64,000 bases of DNA from Lama glama (taxonomy: Eukaryota), in NCBI GenBank assembly GCA_028534125.1, contig CM052816.1, forward strand, positions 37,450,001-37,514,000, in the 5' to 3' direction. Both the position numbers and the translations under genes were made by a program. This document shows, piece after piece, positions 12,701 through 26,000 of this stretch. Within the stretch, counting starts at the first letter, position 1. Every line of letters begins with the position of its first letter. Below the pieces are notes generated by a model that made no database searches, was not told the DNA's origin, and saw only the letters and a program-made list of their open reading frames with translations.

Positions 12701-13444
12701 ACTCAAGCTTCTCTCCTGCCCTCTCTTCCTGGCTTTTTCTCTTTGCTTTTTGTTCACCTCTATTGCAGTCAGCCCAGTCCTCCATTGTTACCTATCTGAC
12801 AGGCAAATAACGTCAATTGATTCTTAGATGTAAGCTATATATTTAGAATATGGTAGAAAATACTGCAGTCAGCTGTTAAACTGTATAACTGTGTCTGATG
12901 CTTCAGTCTTACGGAAGGTGCCCAGGTCATTACTTAGTTCATTCATGAAATGGCTCATATTCTTTTTTCCAGAAAATTGCCAACAAAACTGAGCTATAGT
13001 CATCAGACCGCCTTATATTTTAACGAGAAAATGTTGGTAGGTGTTAACATGGATTAGAATATGTAATATAAAAAAGTTTGTTCATAGACATTACATAGGT
13101 CTCAAAATTCCTGTATCTTTTTGCTAAGATATTTCTAGCATTGAGGACATGAGTTTAGGAGAAATAAACATAGCAGGTTAATGTGTATTTACACATTGGA
13201 AATGACAGCTCAACAGTGCAAATGTCCACCTTTCTCAGGTAAAACTAGGAATTGTCACATCTAAAAACATCTGAGGAACTGGTATTAAGAAGTACATCTT
13301 AATGAGTTAACAATTTAACAGGAATGTGTTTTTGTGTTTACCCTATGAAAATACATTCTAAATGCAAATATAGTAAAAATTTCATCAGAATTTTTTATTT
13401 GATGCTGCTTCTTTGAAATAACTGCAGAAATGAGCTCATCAATA

Positions 13445-13797
13445 GGCCATTCTTCTTACTCACATCTCAGCTAAATCATCAACACTTCAGAGAATTCTTC
13501 AAGATTGTTAACTACATCAAACACCCCTCCCTTCACTCTCCCCAACCCAAGATACTATTTATCACATGATCCTCTAAATCCTTAAACTCATACTACTGTT
13601 CAATTACCTCCTTTGCACCTTTGTCCTTTGTTTACCTGAGTATTTTGTCTCTTAAAATAACATTTAAGCACTGTAGTAGTCAAAACAAAACAAAACAAAA
13701 ACTCTTTGTTTATTCCTGTATCTCCATTATCTAGAACAATATCTAATATCAAGTAGCTACCCTATAAATGCTTGAATACATTTTAATTATTGAATAC
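13445..13797 (+). mobile_element. L2 LINE 3' end relic
   Basis: tctcagctaaatcatc, ctgtatctccattatctagaacaat and ataaatgcttgaat resemble the L2 3' terminus. Confidence 0.55.
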
Positions 13798-16668
13798 ATA
13801 GCAGCAAATGGATAGCATGTCCAATATCATTCTACCAGTGTACCCTATCCTCACCTTGTCTAGATTATATTTGATAAGAAAAAAAAAGGTATTCAAGCCA
13901 ATGGAGATGATCAGCACTATGACTGTCACTGAGAATTTTCTCAGTTGGATGGTTGGCAAGTGCTGGCTTTCACAGTCTTGAAAATCCTGCTGGTACAGGT
14001 TTTACTAGATCCCTGCTTGAGCTATTGTAGTTTTTCAAGAAGAAAATTTCTGCATCCACTTCTCCCTTACTGATGAAATATGAAAAATGGGTAAGAAAAT
14101 TTCAGTATCTCAGGTAGCCACCATTTATTTCAAGCAACCAAATTTTAAGCTTCTAAACTCTAGATAATAAGCAAACTTTCTATTCTGAATATTACTAGCT
14201 ATGACATATGTTTCTTTATATTCTACTCTGAGCAAGAATATTGGGGACAACATTTTTTCTAAAATATTTTCTATTGAGGTACTTCTCATCAAGACCACAT
14301 AGTAAATAAACACTATGAAGCACTGACTCTTCTAAATAAATTTAGGTAAACACAGAAAGAGAGGTAGGCAGGATACTAATTTTTAAAAAGCATAAACTAA
14401 AAGAGTAAGATTAAAAAACAGTATTCATATAGGAAGGAACAGAAATTTAAGCATCACAGTGGAGAAAACATGGGCTTACTGTGCTATGGGTGTGAAATGG
14501 ACAGTGGCAACTACAGGTCATTTCCTGAGCAGTGGAACTAGCAGTGCTACACCTGATGTGGGAAACGAAATCCAACTTAGTGGTTGAGCCCTGTGTCCAA
14601 TCAGAGTGTATATCAATGAATGAAACACTGCAATTGATTGAATTTCAGTTAAATTCTTAAAATTTTAATTACAGATTCATGTGCAGTTGTAGGAAATAAT
14701 ACAGAGAACACGTGCATTCTTTCCCCCAATGAGAACGTCTTGCAAAACTGTAGTGCAGTGTCACCACCAGGGTACTGCAACTGATAAAATTAGAAAATAA
14801 ATTATTTCCATCACTCCCAAGAGTCCCTCATGTTTTTCTTCTGCAGCCACACCAGGCAACCACTAATATGTCCATAATCTCTATAATTTTTCACTTCAAC
14901 CGAGTTAAAACAAATGGCATCATATGGTATCTAATATTTTAGGATTGACTTTTTTCATAAAGTGGAATTCTCTGGAAATTCACCTAATTTACGTATGTCA
15001 ACAATCTAATCCTTTTTATTACTGGAAAGTATATCATGGTATGTATGTATCTGTTTGGTTAACCATTCATTTAGTTACTGAAAGGCATTTGTGGTGTTTC
15101 CAGTTATTGGACATGATGAATAAAGCTGCTAAAATCATTAGGGTACAGGTTTTTAGTACTAATGTAGTTCTTCATTTCTTGGGGATAAATACCAAGGAGT
15201 GCTTTCTCATTTAGGGTCGTTGAGTGTTTAGATTGAAGAAACAGTCAAAATCTTCCAGAGAGGATCTACCATTTGACCTTCCCACTAGCAGTTTAGAATG
15301 ATCTGATTTCTTCCATACCCTTGGCAGCACTTGCTGTTACCACACTTTTTTTTCCTTTTTCCTTAAATTTTTACATTTTAGCTATTCAGATAGGATTTAT
15401 ATACTGGTATCTCACAGTGGTATTTTAACTTGCATTTCCCTAATAGCTATGACATTGAAGATCTTTGCATGTCTTTGTTATCCATAAATCTTCTGGCAAA
15501 AGCCTCTTCTTATATTTTGTCCATTTTGTAATTGGATTTCTGTTCTTTTATTAAGTTTTGTCAGTAAAATTAATGGTGTGGTCTAGATACTAGTCTTTGT
15601 CAAATATATAGTTTGAAACGTGTTCTCCCATTTTGTAGCTGCTTTTTTTTTCCCCCACCTTCTTAGCAGGATCTTTCACAGAACAAGTTTTTGCTGCTGT
15701 TGTTATTTTTCAATTTAGTACTTTTCCATTTCATATATTGTACTTTAGAGACAAATCTAAGAACTTTCTGCCTATCCCTAGATTTCAAAATTTTCCTATT
15801 TTCTCCTGAAAATTTTATAGTCTTACGTTATGTTCTATGTCTTGGTCCATGATCAATTTTGAGTAACTTTTGTAAGCTGTGAAACTTAGATCAAGGTTTA
15901 TTTTTAACCTATGGTGGTCCAATTCCCTCAAAACCATCTTTTTTAAGACCATCTTTCCTCTCTGGAATTGCTTTTACATAGTTAGGCATATTTGTTTCAG
16001 TGTGTCTCTCGGCTCTTTATTCAATTCCATTGGTCTATATGTCTATTCCTCCACGAATTCCAAGCAATCTTGTTTATTGTGGCCATATAATAAGTCTTGA
16101 ATTTGTATAGACTTGTATGAGAGATGATAGTGCTGTTTGTTACTTAATTTTAGAATGATCTTGTCTCCATCTGCAAAAATAAATTTGTAATTTTGAAAGC
16201 AATTATGTCAAACCTTTATTACTTTTGGAGAAAACTGACAATTTGGACATTGAGTTTTCCCATATGTGAAAATAGTGCCTTTTTATTTATTTAGGTCTTT
16301 GGATTTACTCATTGGTGTCATGATATTTCAACATACAATCCCTGTACATGTTTTGCTATTTTTACGCGAATGTATTTCATAAGCAACTGCAATGACACTA
16401 TATTTAGTTGTGGTCTTTGCTAGTGTTTGAAAATAAAACATTTTGTGTATTATGTATTCTGCAACCTGAATGAACTTGCTGATTAGTTATGCATGTTTAT
16501 TATATCCCTTGATTTGTCTATGTAGACAATCATGTCATCTGAAAACAGAGACAGGTTAATTTTTTTCTTTTCTAAATCTATATACCTTTTATCTCCTTTA
16601 TTTGCTTTATTAGACTATCTAAAACTTCCTACACTATGTTGAATAAGAGAGATGACTGTGGACATCTT

Positions 16669-16800
16669 TGTTGATGCATTAGATTACACAAATTTCTCTT
16701 TCTTTCTTTCTTGTTCTTTGAGAATTATGTTTAATTGGTGGCCTTATTTACTTTACACTTGGGAGACAGCCTTTCAGCGAGCTTTAAGGGACTGTTCCTC
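16669..16800 (-). mobile_element. Truncated ERV LTR end inserted in the old L1
   Basis: Starts TGTTGA where the L1 homology breaks. It contains gagaattatgtttaattggtgg and gggagacagcctttcagcgagctttaagggactgttcc, similar to a laurasiatherian ERV1 LTR end that I recall. Confidence 0.5.
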
Positions 16801-16980
16801 CACTGATTTTCAAATATTGTACCAGTCTTAAATTTCTAGAATAGGCCCCACGTGGTCATGGTATATAATTCTTTTTGTATATTGCTGAATTTTGCTTGAT
16901 AATATCTTGCTAAGATCTTTTGTGCTTATATGCATTGTGAACATCAGCCTATATTACTCATTTTTGTACTGACTTTCTTT

Positions 16981-17285
16981 TTTTAACATTTTTATTGATT
17001 TATAATCATTTTACAATAATGTGTCAAATTCCAGTGTAGAGCACAATTTTTCAGTTATACATGAACATATATATATTCATCGTCACATTTTTTTCTCTGT
17101 GAGCTACCATAAGATCTTGTATATATTTCCCTGTGCTATACAGTATAATTTTGTGTATCTATTCTACAATTTTGAAATCTCAGTCTATCCCTTCCCACCC
17201 CCCGCCCCCTTGGCAACCACAAGTTTGTATTCTATGTCTATGAGTCTATTTCTGTTTTGTATTTATACTTTGTTTATATGTGGAA
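16981..17285 (-). mobile_element. Young lineage-specific (camelid-like) L1 3' end, 5'-truncated
   Basis: Perfect 16-bp TSD TGTACTGACTTTCTTT at 16965-16980 and 17286-17301; T-rich tail with tttatt (antisense AATAAA); L1 3' UTR motif cccttggcaaccacaagtttgtattctatgtc. Confidence 0.92.
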
Positions 17286-17899
17286 TGTACTGACTTTCTT
17301 TGGTTTGAAATTGAGAAGATATTATAACCCTAAAGTAAGTTGGAAATGTTTCCTACTCTTATTTTCTAGAATACATATAATTGATATTAGGTCTTTGAAC
17401 ATTTGGTGTAATTCTTCAGTGAAATTGTGTGGCCATTGGAATTTTATTTGGGGGAGCTTTTAAGTTATGATTACAAATTCCTTATTTATAGGCTAATCAC
17501 ATTATGTAATTTGTATTGGATATGTTACAGTAATTTTATATTTTTCCAGAAAGGGGCTAATTTCATCTAAGTTGTCAAATTTAGGTGTGTAAAGTTGTTC
17601 ATAATACAGACATCACAATATAATAGGGAAAATTTCAGATCTGATACTTGTATATTGTGTCTTTGTCAGTCTTGCTAGAAGTTTATCAATTTCATAGTTC
17701 TTCCAAAGAACCAATCTTTTGCTTTGATTTTTCCAAATCTTTGTTCTCTTAAATTCCATTTATTTCAGCTAGTTAATTCCTTCCTTCCTTCTGTGTTTTA
17801 TGTTTATCTTGGCCTTTTTGTCCTAGATTGTTGATGTAGAACCTGAGATTAATATTCTAAATCCTTTCTCCTAGTCTAAGGTTTGTTTTATATAAGACC

Positions 17900-18780
17900 A
17901 ATCCAAAAGATGGAATAAAATGGGAGGAAAAAAACACAATCATGTTAGAAAAAGTTTTATGGTCAATATAACAAACTCTGTTAGAAAAAGTTTTATAGTA
18001 GATAGAACAAACTGTTAGAAATTTAAGTAAACAAAACAAATGAGAGTAAATGAGTAAGATGATCATAATACATTTTTAAAATTAGCTGTTTACAAGAAAC
18101 ATACCTTAAAATATAAGAATGTAGAATATATAACATGTAATTAAAATAGGTAGATTTTCAATGGAAATTTTATATCCTTACTATGGTATGGTTAGAATGG
18201 CACTTCAGTGATTTACCTACCAAAAAAAAACCTTCAGTCTAATGAGAAATGCATTACACAAATTCAAATGGAGGAACACTTACACAATAATAAGTACACT
18301 TTAAAACTGTCAGGGTCACCAAAAACAATGAAAGCCTGAGAAAGCTCCATCTTAACAATTTTGGTGAGTCTCAACAAATTAAAAAAAAAACAAAAACGGT
18401 AATTATGAGTAACTTTTCAGACCAGAGTAAAATATAACTAGAAATGATCAAATTCTTAAACTTGGAAATTAAATATTATACTAAAAGATAAATTCATTAT
18501 ATGAAAAAAATTGTAAAATAGAAAATATTTCAACTAGAGATATATTCATGTGCCATAAAACATTGTTGAATTCAAGTTAAGATATACTTATAGTCTCGAA
18601 TGTATATATTGGAAAGGAGAAAGACTGATTATCAATGATCTAACTATAAAAGAAGCACATAGTAAACTTATAAAGGTAGAATAAAGGAAATAATGAAAAT
18701 AATAGGTGAGGAATTAGTGAAATAGAAAATAAACAATGGAGAAATTAGCAAGCCATAAGTTGGTTTTTAGACTAATACAC
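17900..18780 (+). mobile_element. Degraded sense-strand L1 pieces (ORF2 5' region, with a probable L1MC-type 3' UTR fragment at about 18180-18345)
   Basis: A-rich sequence with L1 motifs agtctcaacaaattaaaa, tatattggaaaggagaaagactga and aaatagaaaataaacaatggagaaa. Confidence 0.65.
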
Positions 18781-18829
18781 TGAATGATGGAGGGGGAGAG
18801 AAAGAATAGATGACCAGTATTAGTGATTT

Positions 18830-20040
18830 CTATCAGTGATTTGTGACAATGTGTCTTAATTGGTGTCCATTTAGCTTCAATAATGTAGAGATTCTGTTCT
18901 TACACAGCTCTGCCTACCCGTTTATGCTGATATTATTGCAGATTACAACTTTATATATCACGTACACTATAACAGATTCTTAATTATTTTAATGTATTTT
19001 CTTTTAAATCATGTAAGAAATACAAACTAGAGTTACAAACCAAAAATGCAATATAACTTGGTTTTATTGTTGCCTCTATATTAATCTTTACTAGTATGTT
19101 TATTTTTTTATGCTGCTTTGAGTTTCGATCTGGTGTCTTCATTTTTAATCCAAAACACTCCCTTTAATATTTATTGTAGGGAAAGTTTAATGTCAACAAA
19201 CAGAAGCAGAGGGAGTTTATCTGGTGTAGAATTTATAGGCACTCTACAGATGCATGCCACAAGGTTCACAGATGTATCCTTGATAGACCTGTTGAGACTT
19301 AATCTTGATTGGCCTTTTTTTTTTTTTCTTATTCTTTCTGTTTTCAAGATTTTCTTTGTCCTTGAATTTCAGCAGTTTGGTTATACTGTGCCTTGGTGTG
19401 GATCACTTTGGGTTGTTAGCCTACCTGGAGCTTTTTGAGCAGCTTGGTTGTGTAGATTCATTTCAGTTATCAAATTTTGGACATTGGGCTATTTGTGCAA
19501 ATAGGCTTTCTGTTTCTCTCTGTCTTCTCTTTCTGGGACTCACACTATGTATGTTGGTCCTCTTGGTCATTTCCTGTGGATCCCTTTGTCCTATTCTGTT
19601 TACTCTTCTTTTCCTTCTTTCTTTTTGTCCCACAGACTAGATAATTTGAATTGTTCTATATTCAAGTTTACTGTCATCTTATGTCTGTTCAAATCTGTTG
19701 AATCCCTTAGTGAAATTTTCAATCATTGTATGTTTCAGCTCCAGAATTTCTACATAGTTCCTTTTTATAATTCTTATCTCTTAATTTATATTCTCATTTT
19801 GTACCAAAAAAAAATTTCCTGGTTTCCCTTATTTATGTCCTGATGGCTTCCTTGACTTCTTTGAGATTTTAAGACAGTTGATGCAAATTTTTGCCTAGCA
19901 AGTCAAATGTCTACAATTCCACAGGGGTAGTTTGTGTAAAATTTTTTACCTTTCTTTTAAGGGGGCAACTGTTGTGATTTTTTTAATGTTATGTTTTTAT
20001 TGTTAAATTGGATATTTTAATACTATGGTAACTCAGATTT
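18830..20040 (-). mobile_element. Old L1 ORF1/inter-ORF region
   Basis: Antisense ORF1 motifs tttcaagatttctttgtccttgaatttcagcagtttggttata, ctcttctgggactcacactatgtatgttgg and tttcagctccagaatttc. Confidence 0.75.
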
Positions 20041-20049
20041 TTGCCATTC

Positions 20050-20740
20050 TAATTTATAAATTAGCAAGTTCAGTAGTTATAAGATCAATATAGAGACTAC
20101 AGTTGTAGGCATTTTACTAGAAATACACAACTAGAGACTTATATTTAACAACTGGTACCATTTACAGTAACTTCACTACATTTAAATGCCTATGAATGAA
20201 GCTAATCTGTGATGTGCAAGATACTTATCCCAAAGTACAAAACGGCATTAGAGAATTTTTTAAACAAGTGAATAGATGGCTACACTATTTTCTTAGATTC
20301 AAGTTAAATTCAATCACAGCCAAGTACTTTTGTTTGCTTGCTTAGGACAGAAATACCACGCCACCTCAAAATTGACTAAAAAAGAATATGTGAATAGTCA
20401 TGTATCTTCTATATAAAGTAACTAAGTAATTCTCAAAGTCTCCCCAAAGAAATCAAGAAATACAGTTACCTGGTTTGATCATTTGATTTTTATCTTCCTT
20501 AATCCTTATTAAAGAAATACTAACTTTAACATTTTAGTAAATGAGACATTGTGATTTTAACACAATAACAAATCAATGAAACAGAACAGTATCCAACAAC
20601 AAACCCATACATACATACATACAAACTCACGTGAATTCCAGTGAAGATGACATTGCAGTACAGTAGACACAGGGTGACTTTTTCAAAAAATGGGGCTTAG
20701 TGAATTATATATCCAGATGGGAAAACATAAGCTGTGGCCT
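20050..20740 (+). mobile_element. Degraded L1 ORF2 fragment
   Basis: Motifs ataagatcaatata, taccatttacagtaac, gatgtgcaagatactta, aaatcaatgaaacagaacag and ctttttcaaaaaatggggc in L1 ORF2 order. Confidence 0.65.
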
Positions 20741-23700
20741 CTGCATTTGTACTACAATTCCCATACTATGTTCTGAAAAGAGAAAGTTCTCATATTTATG
20801 AAATCCCAATGTTAATGTTACAATTTGCTTGTCGGAGTAGCTGAAAAAGAAAGGGAAAACTTCTTTGTCTTATCTTAGTGTTTTTCTGTTACTATTATCC
20901 AATTGGGACTAAAGAACAAAGGAATAATAAAATAGATGAGTAAATAGGTCAATAGTCAAAATTATAGCATTAGGTTAGTGTTCTCTTTAAAAAAAAATGA
21001 GCTTTACGCACTGAATTCCAAAATAATGCATGTAGAAATAATCTGTTAGCAATAGGGTAGCATCTTAAATTACATTTACCAACTTATTTAACTTTCAAGA
21101 CTGTTAAGATAAACTGTAATATACTTTCAATACAGCTGTAGAAACAAAGAGCTTCAGAAAGTACCAATCATTCTCTGCTGAAAACACCATTTTATTTTAG
21201 TTGTGTATATTCTGGATTAAACAGTGAGTACTAAAAGAAGGGGACATCTCGACTCTCCTGCTTTCTATAGTTCAGTCTTCCCTGTAGGTCCCCTTTGTGG
21301 TGTGTGTTCCACTGCCTTCTTGATGTGGTTCCATGTGACATAATCTACTGCTTCACGAAGAATCTATATGAGGAACAACCCATGTCACCTAATTGCTTTG
21401 TTTGGCATGAACTTACTTGTCCATTGGCTTCTAACCATCCTTTCTTCAAAATAGAACATATAGAAAGAGTCTACTGATACCTCTTTTACTTAATTCCGAT
21501 TAATTTTCTTGAGGAACAGAATGTATGATTTGGTCCTCAATGTCTTAATGAAAATATATCAATGTCTTGTTGAAACATATTGGAGCTTGTTAGGTATTGA
21601 TAACCCATTCCCTGGCTCATAAAAGCACATTTTAAAATATTTCCCTCTTTGGTTGTTGGCAGGGGCATTATTTTGGGGGTGAAGGAGGAGAATAAACTTT
21701 ATAAATTGGTACTAATTTGGATGAAAAGTTACTGTAATTAAAGAGTTAGCATATTTTAATGCAGTTAGCATATTTAATGCACTTAGATTGTAATATTAAT
21801 TACTGTTTTTCTTTTAGTAATACCACAAAATGTATATGCAATATGTTTGCCATCAAATCCAGGCAATTTAATTTCTTACAAATAAAAGCTCTTAAGTTCT
21901 GGTGGACAAAATATTCATATTGGAAGACAAGTTTTGCTTCTGTATCATCAGTTTCATAATTTGGTGCTTCATTGTCACAGAAATTTGGAAATTTCATCCT
22001 TGCCCATTTCTGTCATAGGAAAGCATATTTGTTCTAATTTAAAAATAAATAATACTAAAATAAGCCACTATTTTAATTTGGTCATCTTATTCAGTAAAAC
22101 AGAACGTCACTTAATTCAGGCCTATAGAGTTAATAACTTCCATAAGTTATTTGTATCTTACATGTCTGTGAGCAGCAGTGTGTGGAAGCAGAGTTAGCAT
22201 ATCATCTGGATTTAATGTTGAAGGGACTTTAATAATTATATACATTATACAGATATATACTTCTGTTGTCATAGGTGTGATATGAAAATTTAAATAACTG
22301 AATAAAATGTTCAAAAATTAAAGCTAATATATTGCTAGTGGTGGTGGGACACTTGAGCTGTTGGTCTAAGTGATGTCTGATCTACCAGTAAGTGCAAGAT
22401 TCCCCAAACACAATTTTTTATGAATAAAAATATGTATAAACTGCTATTTGGAAAATGTGAGTGAACCAGTATCTAGTCACTAGAGACAATGACCACCTCA
22501 ATCCTGGATGGATAACTTAAACCGTGGTCCAAGGAGAAAAGTTCAAGCAAAGTGTCACGGAGGATTTTTTTTAACTTACCCAGGAAAAAAAAAAATCTCC
22601 TTGTGATGCATCTATTATCCTCTTTTTAACAAATGCTTTTAAATATAAAAGAGGGATAATATTTTTTTAATCCTTGTTTTGATGGCAAAAAAATGTGTAC
22701 ACATTTCTTTTTAGCATTAAGACAATGTTGAGGTTTGTTACTCATGTTTTTCTTTATCACACTCCTTTGGTAGTAGTGTGCATTACTGTTTATGGGGCTA
22801 ATGAGCTCCAAGTCATTTTGAGGAATTTTAAAGCACAGAATGAAGCCCATTAGCACTCAGTAGCTGTTCATTTTGCACAATATGAGTACTGATGTTCCTA
22901 AGTGCACAGAGTATATAGCTTAACATAGAAGCATTTCATCAAACCAGAAGGAACAAATACATAATTATGCTACCTAATTACATTTTTTCTTTCTTCCTGA
23001 ATTTGAAATTTCTATTTCCTTTAAAATATGAGTGTAACTGAGTTATTAGAAAGAGACAATAAAATAAGATCTTGGTAAGACTTACTCTTTTTCCTTTTGT
23101 TTTACGGTGATTCAACTATGGTTAGGAAACCCTTCTAGAACAGTCTATTAAATGAATGGTTGATTTTTATGTTAGGGATTTTGTGATGGATAATGACACT
23201 TTCTTTTTTAAACACTGCCACAAAAAGGAATTTTCATTTTAGGCATGTTTGATAACCAGTGAACTATTAATTACACAACTTCATATTTTTTCTCCAGTGC
23301 AGTTTGCTCATTATATACTAAATAAATAACTACCTGACATCAATAGGTTTCACTTCTTATGTCAAAGTAGATTTTTTAAAAATTATTTCTTTTTTTTATA
23401 TTCCTTGAAATGAATAAATTAGTGAGTAAATTATTTTGTTTTTCTTAAAGGTTTGATTTTATGTTTGGTTAAAATCTTGTTCTTGAATTCTGCATATTCG
23501 GAAATTGTATGCCTCAGCTATGTTAAACCTCAAAATAGCAAATGTCATCAATCTTTTTCTAATTTAAAGCATTCAAGTTTAATTTAGCACATACTAAATT
23601 CTTTGCAAACTTTGATATCTGCCATCTGAGTTATACTTTCTGGAATTTATTTAAAATCTTTTAAATAAAATGTTAAGTTTAGCACCTGTAAAATGTAAAA

Positions 23701-24510
23701 CAAGGAGCCATTGGGGTAGGCACTAGAAATCATCAGTATTTTTTTATACATCTCTTCTAAACAGTAAACATCAAGCACTTGATGAAATTTGATTTTTAGA
23801 TTCCTGAGGTTTATGCCCTCTTTGTCCAATGTCACTGAAAGACATTTATTTTCAGGGTTTGCACAACGGTTAATGTTGCCATTGATAGTACATGTGCTGA
23901 AAAGTGAAATCATTTTCTGGTGATTCTACTTACATCATCAAAGCATCTAATTTAATACACAATCAAACACATCTTGATAAAACCAGTTTTTACTTAACAG
24001 ATCTTAAAGATGAAAAGGACATTTCTGATAATGATGATGCATGTTTTACCAAATCCTATAGTTCTACCAGAAATGTTAGCTTAAGATCTGCTTATAAGTT
24101 GTAAGCTTCTGAGATGTAACAAATAAATTAGAAAGCACAGTTACCAAATAACTATTGAGAGAATTAATTCTTACACTAACTATGGGGAATAAGTGAAGCA
24201 TGTAATAGAATATATATATATGTCAGCTTTGATGCTATATATCATTAATTTATGAGTTTTATATTTTTTCTATATTTGTATCAAATCAGAGTCTTCAAAT
24301 TTTAAAATGAAATGTGTTTTAATATAAAATACTTTGTAATATTATCAGTTACCAGCTCTGCAGTAATTTTCTAATTAGAAATCAATAGAAATGGAAATAT
24401 TTTCTCAACTAGGAATTTGTGATCTAGTTAAATGTGAGAAATATATGTGCATCGTTATTAATGTTGGTGGGAATGAGAATTGGAGAGTCAGTAGTCATTT
24501 ACTTTGGTAT

Positions 24511-24703
24511 CTGTATTTTTCTAAATCTAGAATCACATCTGATATAAAATGCATCATCATCTTAGGTGCCACCAAGAAAAAAAGCAAATTTGCTGATCAA
24601 ACTAGAGTATGATGATTTCTTACCACATCAATGGTAAGGTGAATCTACATTTCAGAGAAAATTATCTGTAGGAAAATGAGCATCTTAGAATCAAAGAAAT
24701 TAA
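24511..24703 (-). mobile_element. MER104-like TcMar-Tc2 MITE
   Basis: Degenerate terminal inverted repeats ctgtatttttctaaatctag ... catcttagaatcaaagaaat; internal gtgccaccaagaaaaaaagc and atttcagaga match the MER104 layout as I recall it. Confidence 0.65.
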
Positions 24704-24899
24704 CTAAAAACAAGTTAAGAGGATTTTCTGAATTTTACAAGTAAATTGTAGGCTTGTTATTTTTATCTGGAGGAAAAGTCAAATATTTTTTTCATGCCTC
24801 TGACATAAAAAGAAAAGTAAAGGTCACTGGAATATTCAGAGGTACTCTGCTTTTTAATTTTCCCTTGGGTCTTCTATTGTGTGTGCATGTTCAATTTCT

Positions 24900-26000
24900 A
24901 TTCGTTTTACCTATCCCTCTGATTTTCTGATTTTAGTTCCCTTTGAAGTTATTATTTATACAGTGTCTTCAGATACCTTTAGAACTCTACAGCATGCGTA
25001 ACTCCTTCAAAAATACAACGACCAGTGTTAATGTGTTTTTTCTTCTTGCCTTCTCAGAATTTAAGTATTTTTGCATAAATCATTTGTTCCCTCTGATATT
25101 CCTTTCTCCTTTGAATTTTGGGACAGCATATTTGAGGTCCTTTCTTTACCTCTCTGAGTCCCCCTTTACAGTCATCTAGTCAACATTATTTTTCTCTTAA
25201 GTGCTTTATTTGCTCTCATCACTTCAATTCTGGAAACTCCTAAATGCACATTTCATTCTCAGACCCATATATCCTTACTTTTCAAAGTCTCTATGGAGAT
25301 ACTCAGATACCTTATATTTAATATTAGGGAAAATGCATAATTTCCCTCCTTTGGAGTATGTCCAGTCTTCCAAGCTAGAAGTCGTGTAGTGATGCTCAGT
25401 TCATTCTACTCAATTACCACTTAGGTTCATTTGTAGTGGATTCTATTTCATAATTTTTTAAAATGTGTCCTTTCCTGTAAATACCTAATATACCTTACTA
25501 ATTACTAATGTAATTCAGATCCTGATGTTCTCCCCCCTAGACCTGTATGAACAAAACAACAAAAACGTTACTATTTCTTGATCAGAGAGTTCATTTTCCC
25601 TTTGTCAGTTTTCAGGTGTCTTCTATATTTTCCATCTTTCCCTCTCCAACTGATTCTCAAGAATTTCTTTTATCTTCCACATCACTATCCTCCTGTCCTC
25701 TCTTCTCTTAAACCCATCCATTTCTTTTTTCAATGTATCGTAGTATTTTACATATTCTATTTCTAGAATTATTAGAAATTGAGTGTGTCTGGTGTTCTGG
25801 CTGGCTCTTAGTTTTGGAGTCCAGTTTCCTCCTGTGTTTCTTGTTTATGACCATTTGCTGAACATAATATTTGAAAAATAATATATTTGCATGGATACTT
25901 TGAGGACTACAGTAAAGTTATTTCCTTTCAAAGAGGTTTTGTATTTGCTTCTGTGAGGCATCTGGTGCCTTTTTCAATTAAGGATCACATTAAGCAAATT
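24900..26000 (-). mobile_element. Very old L1M/HAL1-type ORF1 relic
   Basis: Pyrimidine-rich sequence with degraded antisense ORF1 motifs such as ttctggaaactcctaaat. Boundaries are uncertain. Confidence 0.4.

Larger units (their letters stand above)
14650..17860 (-). mobile_element. Old L1 (L1MB/MC-like) 3' UTR plus degraded ORF2, interrupted by younger insertions
   Basis: 3' end motif tacagattcatgtgcagttgtaggaaataatacagaga; antisense ORF2 motifs gcatttccctaatagctatga, ctatgttgaataagagagatga and ttttccaaagaacca-like. Confidence 0.85.

Noticed and set aside
17944..18020. About 36-bp unit repeated roughly twice (gttagaaaaagttttat...acaaact), superficially CRISPR-like in length
   Set aside because: It is a simple tandem duplication within L1-derived DNA with only about two units and no unique spacers.
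21744..21780. 18-19-bp tandem duplication agttagcatatt(t)taatgc; similar small duplications at about 40318-40337 and 58219-58261
   Set aside because: Ordinary slippage-type duplications with no sign of function.
23647..23913. 88-aa minus-strand ORF with several cysteines
   Set aside because: No recognisable domain, a non-ATG start and no convincing splice context.
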